From contig JBEKYR010000013.1 in assembly GCA_049510745.1 (NCBI GenBank), forward strand, positions 1 to 64,000: a DNA stretch of 64,000 bases, given 5' to 3'. This stretch comes from Verrucomicrobiota bacterium. GTDB lineage: Bacteria; Verrucomicrobiota; Verrucomicrobiia; Limisphaerales; Palsa-1400. This document shows, piece by piece, positions 1 through 8,939 of this stretch; positions within the stretch are counted from its first letter, which is position 1, and each line of letters starts with the position of its first letter. Both the position numbers and the translations under genes were made by a program. The notes under the pieces were generated by a model. It did no database searches. It saw only the letters and a list, made by a program, of their open reading frames with translations, and was not told the DNA's origin.

Positions 1-141
1 GTTCCAACCCATCGGAGGCGTTGGAGCGAAGGCGTAAAAGGGAAGTTGAGGCGTGGTGGTTTGGGCGGAAGTCGTTGTCGCGGTTAATGCGAATACGAGG
101 AATGCCAGAGCGTTTGTGGTGGGGTGGCGATGAAACTTCAT
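1..141 (-). CDS. Alpha-galactosidase (GH27 family), N-terminal part, runs off the window edge
   Basis: Not in the ORF track; hand translation from ATG at 141 gives MKFHRHPTTNALAFLVFALTATTTSAQTTTPQLPFYAFAPTPPMGWN, a signal peptide followed by the GH27 N-terminal TPPMGWN motif. Confidence 0.8.
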   Translation of the reverse strand, partial: MKFHRHPTTNALAFLVFALTATTTSAQTTTPQLPFYAFAPTPPMGWN

Positions 142-269
142 AATGATTGCTTACGGTTTGCGTTTTATCGGACGACCAAGGCATCCACGGCGACCGCTCC
201 GGGACCGCGATTGATAATGTTGATCGTGTGTTTGCCTGAAGTCAAGCCGGTCACTTCACACACCGTTTG

Positions 270-533
270 CGGGCGCATCCCGGTTTTTGGCAACCCTCTG
301 GTTGATGAGGGCTAATGGCTGGCCGCACTCAGGCGCAAAAGAATGACGAATGACGAAGCACGAATGACGAAAAGAATGCTCAAATGACTCAATGACGAAA
401 AGTCGGCCCGCATGAATCTCGTCATTGGAGCTTCGTCTTTCGAGCTTGGACATTCGTCATTCTTGCGGGCCTGGCTGCGGCCACCAATCATCTCTCATCG
501 TCCATCGGGTTGCCAGAAACCGGGATGTGCTCG
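270..533. repeat. Long imperfect palindrome (MITE/REPIN-like) with ~100-bp inverted arms and internal GAATGAC heptamer repeats
   Basis: The left arm cgggcgcatcccggtttttggcaaccc...aagaatgacgaatg aligns without gaps to the reverse complement of the right arm (cgagcacatcccggtttctggcaaccc...aagaatgacgaatg). Confidence 0.85.
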
Positions 534-636
534 AGGGGCTTTGCTTTGCGGACTATAATTGACTCGGATGGGAACTCTGCTAAATTGTCTCCGGCACTCA
601 AATTATGCGCCGCGCAACCGCGACATTGAATGGACC

Positions 637-2604
637 ATGACGCCGCTCAAGGAAATCCCCGCCCTTTCTGCCGCCATCGGCTCGCCCGCTCCGGCGCTCT
701 GGCAATTGCCGCCGGCGCCCGAGCCGTTCGCCGGACGCCAGAAGGAGTTGCGCGATCTCGAATCGGCCCTCACTTCGGGCAACTTCCTTGGCGCGGCCAT
801 TTCGGGCGTGACCGAGGATTCGGGCGGCGTCGGCAAAACGGCCCTCGCCTTGGTCCTGGCGCACCGCTTTAAAGACCGCCATCCTGCCGCTCATCTCTGC
901 CTGAACCTTCGCGGCGTCGATCCTGAGGGCCGCCCGCCGGTCACTCCCGGCGAGGCCATGCAAAAGGTGATCCACGCCTTTCACCCCAAATCCAGGCTGC
1001 CGGAAAGCGCCGCCGCCCTCGCGCCCATTTACCACGCTGTCCTGGCCAAAGCCGGCCGCCTGCTGCTGTTCTTCGATAACGCCGCCGACGCCGGCCAGGT
1101 CCACGCGCTCTTGCCGCCCGCCAGATGCCTGCTGCTGGTGACCTCGCGCGCTCGTCTGCAAATCCCCGGCCTGGCCATGAGCAGCATCGACTGCCTCGCG
1201 CCCGGCGAATCGCGGGAACTGCTCCTTAAACTGGCCCCCCGCCTGGAGGACTGCGCCGGGGAAGCGGCCGGCCTCTGCGGCCATCTGCCGCTCGCCCTGG
1301 CGCTGTTCGCGGGCGCAGTCAACTCTAAACAATCGCCCTTCCTCCCCGAACTGATCGAAACCCTCCGCCACTCCCGCGAGACCCTCAGCCCCGCCGAGGC
1401 CGCCTTCGCCGCCGGCTACGGCCTGCTGGATGAGAATTTGCGCCGCTGCCTGAGCCTCCTGGCCGCGCTCCCGGCGCCCTTTGATCTGGCCGTTGCCGGA
1501 GCGCTCCTTCAGGCAGACGCCGAATTCGCGCGGGGCCTGCTGCAGCCGCTCGTCAACGCCGGTTTGGTCGAGTGGAACCCGACCCTTGGCCGCTTTCACT
1601 TGCACGATCTTCTCCGCCAGTTCTGTGAAAACAGCCTCGAGGAATTCGAACTCACCGCCGCCCGCCTCCGCCATGCCCGCCACTATTCCCGCGTCGGCGC
1701 CGAGGCCGACCGCCTCCACCTCGAGGGCGGGGATGGCGCGCCGCGCGGCCTGGAGTTGTTCGACCGCGAACGGGCGCACATCGAGGCGGCGTTCGAGTGG
1801 CTGGAGCCGCGGCGCGACTACGAATCCCGCGCCCTGCTCATCGGGTTGGTCAATGCGGTGGCCCAGACCGGCCTGGACATCCGCTTCTCCCGCCGCCAAC
1901 GGATTCACTGGCTGGAAAGCCAGCGCAATGCGGCGCGCCTGACCAAAGACAAGACCGCCGAAGGCCAGGCCCTGCGCAACCTTGGCAAGGCCCACGCCGC
2001 CATCGGCGACGCCGTCACCGCCATCGAGTGCCACCAACGCGCCCTGGCCATCGAACGCGAAACCGGCAACCGCCGCGAGGAAGCGAAGAACTTCGGCCAT
2101 CTCGGAAGCGCCTACGCCACGTTGGGTGAAACCCGCAAGGCCATCGAGCTTTACCAGCAGTACCTTCTCATGGCCCGGCAATTGGGCGAACGCCGCGATG
2201 AAGGGGCCGCTCTGTCCAATCTGGGCGCCGCTTATGCCAAGCTCGGCGAAACCCTCAAAGCCGTTCAATTCCTCGAACAAGCCCTGGACATTGCCGTCGA
2301 TCTCGGCGACCGCCAGGGGGAAGGCACGGCCTTGGGCCATCTGGGCCTGGCTTATGCCGCATTGGGCGACACCGACAAAGCGTGCGACCTTTATGAAAAG
2401 GCCTTGTTGATTACCCGCGAGATCGGCGACCGCCGCTCCGAAGGCAATACCGCCTTCAACTCCGCCCTCGCCCTGGCCGAATCCGGCGACAAGATACTGG
2501 CCATTGCCCGCGCCCAAGCCGCCCTGCGGATATTCGAGACTTTTGAAGACCCCAACGCCGCCCGCGCCCAAGCCCTCCTGGCCAGATTCCGCGGCGACCG
2601 GTAG
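637..2604 (+). CDS. STAND NTPase (NB-ARC-like) with C-terminal TPR repeats, NLR-like
   Basis: LPPAPEPFAGRQKEL pre-P-loop segment, Walker A GGVGKT, Walker B LLLFFDNA, LLVTSR, GHLPLAL, LHDLLR, then ~5 TPRs (e.g. EGAALSNLGAAYAKLGE). ATG at 637 preferred over TTG at 559. Confidence 0.85.
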   Translation: MTPLKEIPALSAAIGSPAPALWQLPPAPEPFAGRQKELRDLESALTSGNFLGAAISGVTEDSGGVGKTALALVLAHRFKDRHPAAHLCLNLRGVDPEGRPPVTPGEAMQKVIHAFHPKSRLPESAAALAPIYHAVLAKAGRLLLFFDNAADAGQVHALLPPARCLLLVTSRARLQIPGLAMSSIDCLAPGESRELLLKLAPRLEDCAGEAAGLCGHLPLALALFAGAVNSKQSPFLPELIETLRHSRETLSPAEAAFAAGYGLLDENLRRCLSLLAALPAPFDLAVAGALLQADAEFARGLLQPLVNAGLVEWNPTLGRFHLHDLLRQFCENSLEEFELTAARLRHARHYSRVGAEADRLHLEGGDGAPRGLELFDRERAHIEAAFEWLEPRRDYESRALLIGLVNAVAQTGLDIRFSRRQRIHWLESQRNAARLTKDKTAEGQALRNLGKAHAAIGDAVTAIECHQRALAIERETGNRREEAKNFGHLGSAYATLGETRKAIELYQQYLLMARQLGERRDEGAALSNLGAAYAKLGETLKAVQFLEQALDIAVDLGDRQGEGTALGHLGLAYAALGDTDKACDLYEKALLITREIGDRRSEGNTAFNSALALAESGDKILAIARAQAALRIFETFEDPNAARAQALLARFRGDR

Positions 2605-2627
2605 GGGTGTCGCCAAGGGGGCGCACC
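2601..2627 (+). repeat. GTAG-type REP-like hairpin overlapping the stop codon
   Basis: GTAG followed by the imperfect palindrome GGGTGtcgcc...ggcgCACC. Confidence 0.4.
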
Positions 2628-2755
2628 TGCTCCGATTTCCACCAGCGAGGGGGAAGGGGGGACCGGCTGCGCGGTGGGGGAAGAAAACGATCATAGGCCG
2701 TGATGCGGGACCCGATTGCACACCCCGTTCCGTTTTCCGGGCTTGACCTCACCGG

Positions 2756-3253
2756 TTATCGCAACGCCTTCAACAATCGTTTGGGGTGTGACGGATGAAC
2801 GGGAAGGAGATCGGCATCGTTGAAGGCGAGTAACAACGCTTCTTCGTCAACGTCCAGCAAGTGTTTATCGGAAGTGACGAGCAACGGAATCTTCGCCAGT
2901 GACGCTTGCGCCAGAATTTTTCCGTCATTCTGTTCGGTTTCGGGAATGAGTGAGGAGTCGATCAATCGCGCGGCGAACCGTAGAGCGATAGCCAGTTGGG
3001 TGGAGGACAAGGTGAAGGGCTGACACTTCCAGATGGTAATTTTTTCGAGAGCAGCACTGGCGAGTTCCTGCTGCGGCGTGTCTTTGCGCGAGGAGAAAAA
3101 TGCCAGTTCGGCGATAACCGTCGGCGGCACAAGCAGGGAATAGCCCCGGCTGGAAAACTCGTCCTTGAACTCGTGGGCAAAATCCTTTTCCGCCGCCAGA
3201 TCGAACAGAAGATTAGTGTCCAGAGCCAGTGATTTCTTTGGGCTGGCCGCCAT
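2756..3253 (-). CDS. PIN-domain (VapC-like) toxin
   Basis: LALDTNLLFD, PPTVIAEL, NDGKILA and LVTSDKHLL supply the acidic PIN catalytic motifs; start at MAASPKK. Confidence 0.85.
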   Translation of the reverse strand: MAASPKKSLALDTNLLFDLAAEKDFAHEFKDEFSSRGYSLLVPPTVIAELAFFSSRKDTPQQELASAALEKITIWKCQPFTLSSTQLAIALRFAARLIDSSLIPETEQNDGKILAQASLAKIPLLVTSDKHLLDVDEEALLLAFNDADLLPVHPSHPKRLLKALR

Positions 3254-3401
3254 AAATTTTTGCCATTCCGCGCCGAAAATGCTCCGCCTCTTCCTCCGGT
3301 GTAAGCTTGCCCGCCAGTTTCCTGACCTTCGCGGCCAGACGACTGCCCTCTGTTTCCTCAGGATAATCGAGCTTCTTTCGCTTGCTGGCTGATGGTCGCA
3401 T
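3213..3401 (-). CDS. Putative antitoxin, 62 aa, no recognisable DNA-binding fold
   Basis: Small ORF directly upstream of and overlapping the PIN gene; similar to 8195..8365. Confidence 0.7.
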   Translation of the reverse strand: MRPSASKRKKLDYPEETEGSRLAAKVRKLAGKLTPEEEAEHFRRGMAKIYGGQPKEITGSGH

Positions 3402-3510
3402 AACGCAGGCAAGTTATCCGATTTCCTCGGGCAACACAAGCGGAACAAGGAAATCGAGGAAGGAGCCGGATTAAAAGGCGCGAAGGCGCAAGAAGATGCG
3501 TGCGCGGATT

Positions 3511-3605
3511 GGCGTCGGAGTACCGACGCCCTACTGGGTCTGCCGACGTTCCGCGCCCGCATGGGGGCGACATCGGGGCGGCTCCGCAGAAGCGCCGCCC
3601 CCTAC
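3511..3605 (-). repeat. Two GTAG-type REP hairpins
   Basis: The minus strand reads GTAG-GGCGTCGG-tact-CCGACGCC (3511-3534) and GTAG-GGGGCGGC...GCCGCCCC (3575-3605). Confidence 0.6.
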
Positions 3606-3724
3606 CGGACGGAGACGGTCGCGTTCCCGAAAAGTCGCCAAGGATTCGGGCGGAAGCAAAACGGCGCAAGCAAATCGGTTGCCTTTCTTCGCGCCTTCCA
3701 CCATATAAGTGTCCGTCGCTCGCC

Positions 3725-6700
3725 ATGGACAAACCGATTATGAGTCCCGCGCCCGGCGAACGCTTGCTGCGCTTCGTCGGCGACCGCGTCCGCTTCAGTC
3801 TCCGCCTGCCCAAAAATGCCCCGCCCGCCGCCCGCGCCCTTCTCCGCACCAACCTGGGCAAAGCCGGCCGGCTCCGCCAGGAAATCATCGCCACCCACGC
3901 CGGCAAAAATCCCATGTCGGTCGCGTTCTGGCGCGATGTCCCCCTCCAGCGCGAAGCTTCCGGCGAGTGGGCCATCGAATTGCCGCTCACCGATGTCGGT
4001 TATTACCGGGCCAAGGCTTACGTGGTCGATGAGCGCGGACGCCAAATCTGGCCCGACGGCGAGGACGCGGGACTGTCCGTTCATCCCAGCGCCTACCGCA
4101 CGGCCAATACCATTTACTGCGCCTTCCCGCGGATGTTCGGCCCGTCCAAAAGCGCCCGCCAAACCATTGATGCAAAATGGGAGAAAGCGCTCAACAAGCT
4201 GGACAAACGCGGTTACGTGGTGATTCCGCCTTCGGGCAAATTGCGCGATTTGACCCGCGAACTGCCGCATATTATTGACACGCTCGGCTGCCGCGTCCTC
4301 CACCTCCTGCCGGTGGGGCCGACGCCCACGACCTTCGCCCGCTTTGGCCGTTTTGGCAGCCCGTACGCCTGCCTGGACATGACAGCCATTGACCCGGCGC
4401 TGGTCGAATTTGACAAAACAACCAACGGCATCGGCCAATTCCTCGAATTGACCCGCGCCGCCCACCAACTCGGGGCACGGGTGCTGCTGGACAGCGTCAT
4501 CAATCACACGGGCTGGGGATCGACCCTCCAGGAAAATCATCCCGAATGGTTCGTGCGCGACGCCAGCGGGGCCTTTGTCAGTCCCGGAGCGTGGGGCGTG
4601 ACATGGGGGGATTTGGTCGAGTTGAATCCGGGTTTTGTCGAATTGTGGGATGAATTGGCAAAGGCGTTTTTGACTTGGTGCCGGCGCGGGGTCGATGGCT
4701 TCCGCTGCGACGCCGGCTACAAAGTGCCGGTGCCGGTCTGGCAATTCATCGAGGCGCGCGTGCGGGAGGAATTTCCCGAAACCCTCTTCTTGCTGGAGGG
4801 GCTGGGCGGGCCGTGGGAAGCGACCGAAGCCTTGTTGACTGACGGCGGCATGCAATGGGCCTACTCCGAGCTGTTCCAGAATGACAGCGGCCCCGAAGTG
4901 GCCCGTTACCTGGATTACAGCATCCGTCAGAGCGGGCGCCTGGGTCTCTACGTGCATTACAGCGAGACGCACGACAACGACCGCCTGGCCGCCCGCGGCC
5001 GCGTCTGGTCGCTCCTGCGCAACCGCCTCTGCGCCCTGGCCAGCGTCAGCGGCGGCTACGGCTTCACCTGTGGCGTGGAATGGCTGGCGGCGGAAAAGTT
5101 GAACGTCCATTCCAGCCGCGGCCTTTCCTGGGGCAATCCGGACAATTTGATCGCCGAACTGGGCCGCTTGAACCGCCTCCTGGCCGGACATCCTTGCTTT
5201 TTCGACGGCGCAAAAATTACGCGCCTCAGCCCGGACGATGCCGCCGTCTGCGCGTTGCGCCGCGATTCCGCCGCGGGCCTGGATTCGGTTTTCGTGCTCG
5301 TGAACACGGACCCCCTCCAAAGCCGTTCCGTGGCGCTCAAACTGGCGGATTGCGATGCCCTGCGCCAGCCGCTGGTTGATCTGCTCGGGCAGCAAGCGCC
5401 GCCGGGCCGGATAATCAAGGACGAGATTGTTTTCACGTTGGAGGCCGGCGCGGCGTTTTGTCTGGCGCTTTCCGCCAAGCCGGCCGGGTTGGGCGGAGAT
5501 GACTACCGCCGTGCCCGCGCCCAATCCGCTTGGGCCATCACGGTCTTGAGCAAGGTGCTCCTGCCGGAGGAAATCGGTCCTTGTCCCTGGCGCGAGCTGG
5601 CCGCGCGCATCGAGGCGGGCGCGCTCGAATTCCTTGGCTGCCTGCCCTACATCGATCGCTCCCGCACCCGAACGGATTTGACGGCCGCCCTCGACGCCGC
5701 CAGGGGAAAGTATCCCCAAGTGGTCGTCTGGACGGTTTCGGACCTGCGGCGAATCACTCCCGTGCCGCCGGACCACTGGCTTTTGCTGGAGGATTCCCAG
5801 CCGTTCCGCGCCACCTTGAAGTGCGCCCGGCGTGCCGCGCAGGAACATGCCGAAGCAATTCCAGTCCGCGACGGTTATATTGCCTGCTTCCCCCCCAAAC
5901 GGCCCGACACCGCCGTCGATGCGGAAGTGGAACTCGAGCGCTACGCTTTGAGCGATGAGAGCCTGGTTGGCGCCGTGCGCTTTTTGCGGTCAACGCCGGC
6001 TTTTTCCGCCACCATCACCCGCCCTCCGCCGGAGGCGCTGGCGTTGCTGACCAATGGCCGCGGCGGCATGGCGCGGGTGCGCGTGGATTTGGGGAGAATT
6101 GACTCCAAGTACGATTGCGCCCTGGGCGCCAACTTGCATCCGGATTTTCCGGTGGACCGCCACGTCCTGGCCAAGCGGCTGCGCGTCTGGATTTCCGCCG
6201 ACGGATTCATCACCCCGTTGAACCTGCAGAATCTGGCTTCCTTTCAGGTGGGCCAGCCGGCCGCCTGGAACTTCGTCGCCGAAGCGGGCGATGGCCGCAC
6301 GGTCGAGTTGGAAATGGCGGCCGACATGCTGGAAGGTTCCAACACCACCGTCTTTCGCTTCGCCCGTCTGGCCGGCTCCAGGCCGGCGGATTTGCCCGCG
6401 CAGTTTGATGTGCGCTTGACCGTGCGGGTGGACCTTGAAGACCGGAATTTTCACACCGAGACCCATCGCAACGAAGGAGCGGAGGAGCATTTTCGCCGGT
6501 ATTGTCAGGCGCTTGACGGCGCAATTGGTTTCGCCTTTGCCCCGGCGCCGGACCGCCAGTTGCGCGTCTTCAGCAACTCCGGCCTTTATCACCCCCAACC
6601 GGAATGGTGCCTGGGCATCCCGCATCCGGTCGAACAGAGCCGCGGCCAGGACGCCTCGGGTGACAGTTATAGCCCGGGATGGTTTGACCTTCCTCTCCTC

Positions 6701-8041
6701 GCCGGCCAACCCGTCACTCTGGCCCTTTCCGCCGAGACCCCGCCTCCGACGTTTGCCCTGATGGAACAATCGATGCCTGGCCGTTTGGCGGGCGAGCAAC
6801 TGGCTTTGAACGCGGCCAACCTGCCCAACACCGATTCGTTTGGACGCCGCCTGGCGCTGGCCGCGCAGGCCTTTGTCGCGCGCCGCGGAACGGGCCGCAC
6901 GATCATTGCCGGCTTTCCGTGGTTTTTGGACTGGGGCCGTGATACCTTCATCAGCGCCCGGGGCCTTCTGGCCGCGGGCATGGTGGCGGAGGTGGTGGAA
7001 TTGCTCGTCACCTTTGGCCGCTTCGAGCAGAAGGGCACCATGCCCAACACCATCCAAGGCGACAACGCGTCCAATCGCGACACCTCCGACGCGCCCCTTT
7101 GGTACGGCATCGTGTGCGAGGAGGCCGCGGCGCGCTTGAGCGAAAACCTCTACGATACGGTGGTGGACACTTCCGGGCGCGGCATTGCGGATGTCCTCCG
7201 CGAAATTGCCCTCGGTTACGTGCGCGGCACACCCAATGGCATCCGCATGGACCCCGCCTCGGCTTTGATTTGGAGTCCCGCCCATTTTACGTGGATGGAC
7301 ACCAATCGCCCGGCCGGCACGCCGCGCGAAGGATACCCGGTCGAAATCCAAGTGCTCTGGGTCCGGCTCTTGCGCCAGTTGCAGCGCCTCGGAATCCGGC
7401 CCGGCGCCGAATCGTGGGAATCCTTGGCCAATCGGGCCGAGGACTCCCTCCACAAGATCTTCTGGCTCGAAGAGCAAGGCTATGTCGCTGATTTGCTCAT
7501 TGCGCCCCCCGGCCAGTCGGCAGCCGGGGCGGTGCGGGACCAAGCCTTGCGCTGCAATTTCCTTTTCGCGATTTCCTTTGGATTCTTTTCGGGAACTCCC
7601 GCCCGGCGGGCGGTCGAGGCGGCCTGGAAACACCTCCTTGTGCCCGGGGCCTTGCGCTCGCTGGCGCCGCTGCCGGTCTGGCCTCCCCTGCCCCTTTACG
7701 GGGCCGATGGACATCTGCTCAACAATCCGCGCGAACCCTATTGCGGCCGCTATGAGGGAGACGAAGATACGCAGCGCAAGCCGGCCTATCACAATGGAAC
7801 CGCCTGGGTCTGGATGCTGCCAACCGGTTGCGAAGCTCTGGCCAGGGCCTGGGACATGGCCCCCGCCGCCGTTCAAGCGGCCAGGGCGACGCTCGGCAGC
7901 CTGGAGCATTTATTGTTGACTGGCTGTTTGGGCCAGCTTCCCGAAATCCTCGACGGCGACGCTCCCCACCAGCCGCGCGGCTGCGACGCCCAGGCCTGGA
8001 GCGTGCTCGAGGCCTTGCGGGTCTGGAAATGGCTCGGGTAA
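3725..8041 (+). CDS. Bifunctional glycogen debranching-type enzyme: N-terminal GH13 alpha-amylase-family domain plus C-terminal amylo-alpha-1,6-glucosidase (GH133-like)
   Basis: GH13 motifs DSVINH, DGFRCDAG, FLLEGL, ETHDND; glucosidase motifs AGFPWFLDWGRDTFI, TWMD, YHNGTAWVW, GCDAQAWS. Start at MDKPIMS. Confidence 0.85.
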   Translation: MDKPIMSPAPGERLLRFVGDRVRFSLRLPKNAPPAARALLRTNLGKAGRLRQEIIATHAGKNPMSVAFWRDVPLQREASGEWAIELPLTDVGYYRAKAYVVDERGRQIWPDGEDAGLSVHPSAYRTANTIYCAFPRMFGPSKSARQTIDAKWEKALNKLDKRGYVVIPPSGKLRDLTRELPHIIDTLGCRVLHLLPVGPTPTTFARFGRFGSPYACLDMTAIDPALVEFDKTTNGIGQFLELTRAAHQLGARVLLDSVINHTGWGSTLQENHPEWFVRDASGAFVSPGAWGVTWGDLVELNPGFVELWDELAKAFLTWCRRGVDGFRCDAGYKVPVPVWQFIEARVREEFPETLFLLEGLGGPWEATEALLTDGGMQWAYSELFQNDSGPEVARYLDYSIRQSGRLGLYVHYSETHDNDRLAARGRVWSLLRNRLCALASVSGGYGFTCGVEWLAAEKLNVHSSRGLSWGNPDNLIAELGRLNRLLAGHPCFFDGAKITRLSPDDAAVCALRRDSAAGLDSVFVLVNTDPLQSRSVALKLADCDALRQPLVDLLGQQAPPGRIIKDEIVFTLEAGAAFCLALSAKPAGLGGDDYRRARAQSAWAITVLSKVLLPEEIGPCPWRELAARIEAGALEFLGCLPYIDRSRTRTDLTAALDAARGKYPQVVVWTVSDLRRITPVPPDHWLLLEDSQPFRATLKCARRAAQEHAEAIPVRDGYIACFPPKRPDTAVDAEVELERYALSDESLVGAVRFLRSTPAFSATITRPPPEALALLTNGRGGMARVRVDLGRIDSKYDCALGANLHPDFPVDRHVLAKRLRVWISADGFITPLNLQNLASFQVGQPAAWNFVAEAGDGRTVELEMAADMLEGSNTTVFRFARLAGSRPADLPAQFDVRLTVRVDLEDRNFHTETHRNEGAEEHFRRYCQALDGAIGFAFAPAPDRQLRVFSNSGLYHPQPEWCLGIPHPVEQSRGQDASGDSYSPGWFDLPLLAGQPVTLALSAETPPPTFALMEQSMPGRLAGEQLALNAANLPNTDSFGRRLALAAQAFVARRGTGRTIIAGFPWFLDWGRDTFISARGLLAAGMVAEVVELLVTFGRFEQKGTMPNTIQGDNASNRDTSDAPLWYGIVCEEAAARLSENLYDTVVDTSGRGIADVLREIALGYVRGTPNGIRMDPASALIWSPAHFTWMDTNRPAGTPREGYPVEIQVLWVRLLRQLQRLGIRPGAESWESLANRAEDSLHKIFWLEEQGYVADLLIAPPGQSAAGAVRDQALRCNFLFAISFGFFSGTPARRAVEAAWKHLLVPGALRSLAPLPVWPPLPLYGADGHLLNNPREPYCGRYEGDEDTQRKPAYHNGTAWVWMLPTGCEALARAWDMAPAAVQAARATLGSLEHLLLTGCLGQLPEILDGDAPHQPRGCDAQAWSVLEALRVWKWLG

Positions 8042-8194
8042 TCGGCGATCAACCTAATCGGGGAAGGATAAATAAACCCATGGTCTGGGCCGTGTTATGC
8101 TCTGCTCCAAACTATGAATTGCCCCCGGCCCCCGGCTCCGCTTGCTGTGTTCGCGGTGTTGACGAGGCAAAGACGCCGTGCGAAACTGGCAGCG

Positions 8195-8365
8195 ATGAAA
8201 CGCAAGAAAGCGCAGGCGGAAAAGCCGTCCGTCGGCACTGTAGTCGGCGCCAAGTATCGTGCGCGCTGCAATGATCTGCCCGACAGCGAACGCGAAAAGC
8301 TCAATGACGAGTTCCTGAAACTCTACTATGCCGGCAGCGTCTCCCAGCCCGCTCGTCGCCGTTGA
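8195..8365 (+). CDS. Putative antitoxin, 56 aa, paralog of 3213..3401
   Basis: MKRKKAQAEKPSVGTVVGAKYRARCNDL...LYYAG; overlaps the downstream PIN gene. Confidence 0.65.
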   Translation: MKRKKAQAEKPSVGTVVGAKYRARCNDLPDSEREKLNDEFLKLYYAGSVSQPARRR

Positions 8366-8843
8366 TGCCAATGTTGTGATGGACTTGGGCGAGAAGTCCG
8401 AAGCCGTACTGGACGCGCTCGCCACGATTCGCCAGCGGCTTCGTTCTCCTCGCATCGTCCTCACGCCCACGGCCACTCTGGAACTGATGCACATCGCCCG
8501 TCTAGGCGATACTGCGAGGGAACGCGACCTCGCTTTGAGCGGGATGGCCGCCGCCCGTCGGTCGCGCATTGTTCCGGTGAATCTCATGCCCGTCGGTCAC
8601 GGCATCGTGGAGCTTATTGCCGGGAAACTCCGTTCCGCGGAATTGCTTCCTGCTTCAGAGGTGAACGACTCGCAATTGGTGGCTGAATCTGCATTGCTCG
8701 GAGCGCGATTGCTTTTGTCGAGTGACGAACATTTGCGAGGGATGGATTTCGCCCGCCTCGCCATCGAATTGCAGGATTTCGACCTCACTGCGCCGGTCAT
8801 CGCAACGCCCGCCGAAGTGGCGCGGAAGTTTTTCCAACGCTGA
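8328..8843 (+). CDS. PIN-domain (VapC-like) toxin, paralog of 2756..3253
   Basis: VAVDANVVMD, TPTATLEL, NDSQLVAE and LLSSDEHL motifs. Confidence 0.85.
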   Translation: MPAASPSPLVAVDANVVMDLGEKSEAVLDALATIRQRLRSPRIVLTPTATLELMHIARLGDTARERDLALSGMAAARRSRIVPVNLMPVGHGIVELIAGKLRSAELLPASEVNDSQLVAESALLGARLLLSSDEHLRGMDFARLAIELQDFDLTAPVIATPAEVARKFFQR

Positions 8844-8939
8844 CCCGCTGCGGAAACAAATCCGGTAAGGGGTTGCCCCATCGCGCAATGGTCTTGCGTA
8901 ATGAACTGGAGCGTGTAATAAAATCCCCCCGACGCATTC

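Noticed and set aside
3500..3724. N-terminal extension of the debranching enzyme in the ORF track
   Set aside because: It translates REP hairpin sequence; the protein-like sequence starts at ATG 3725.
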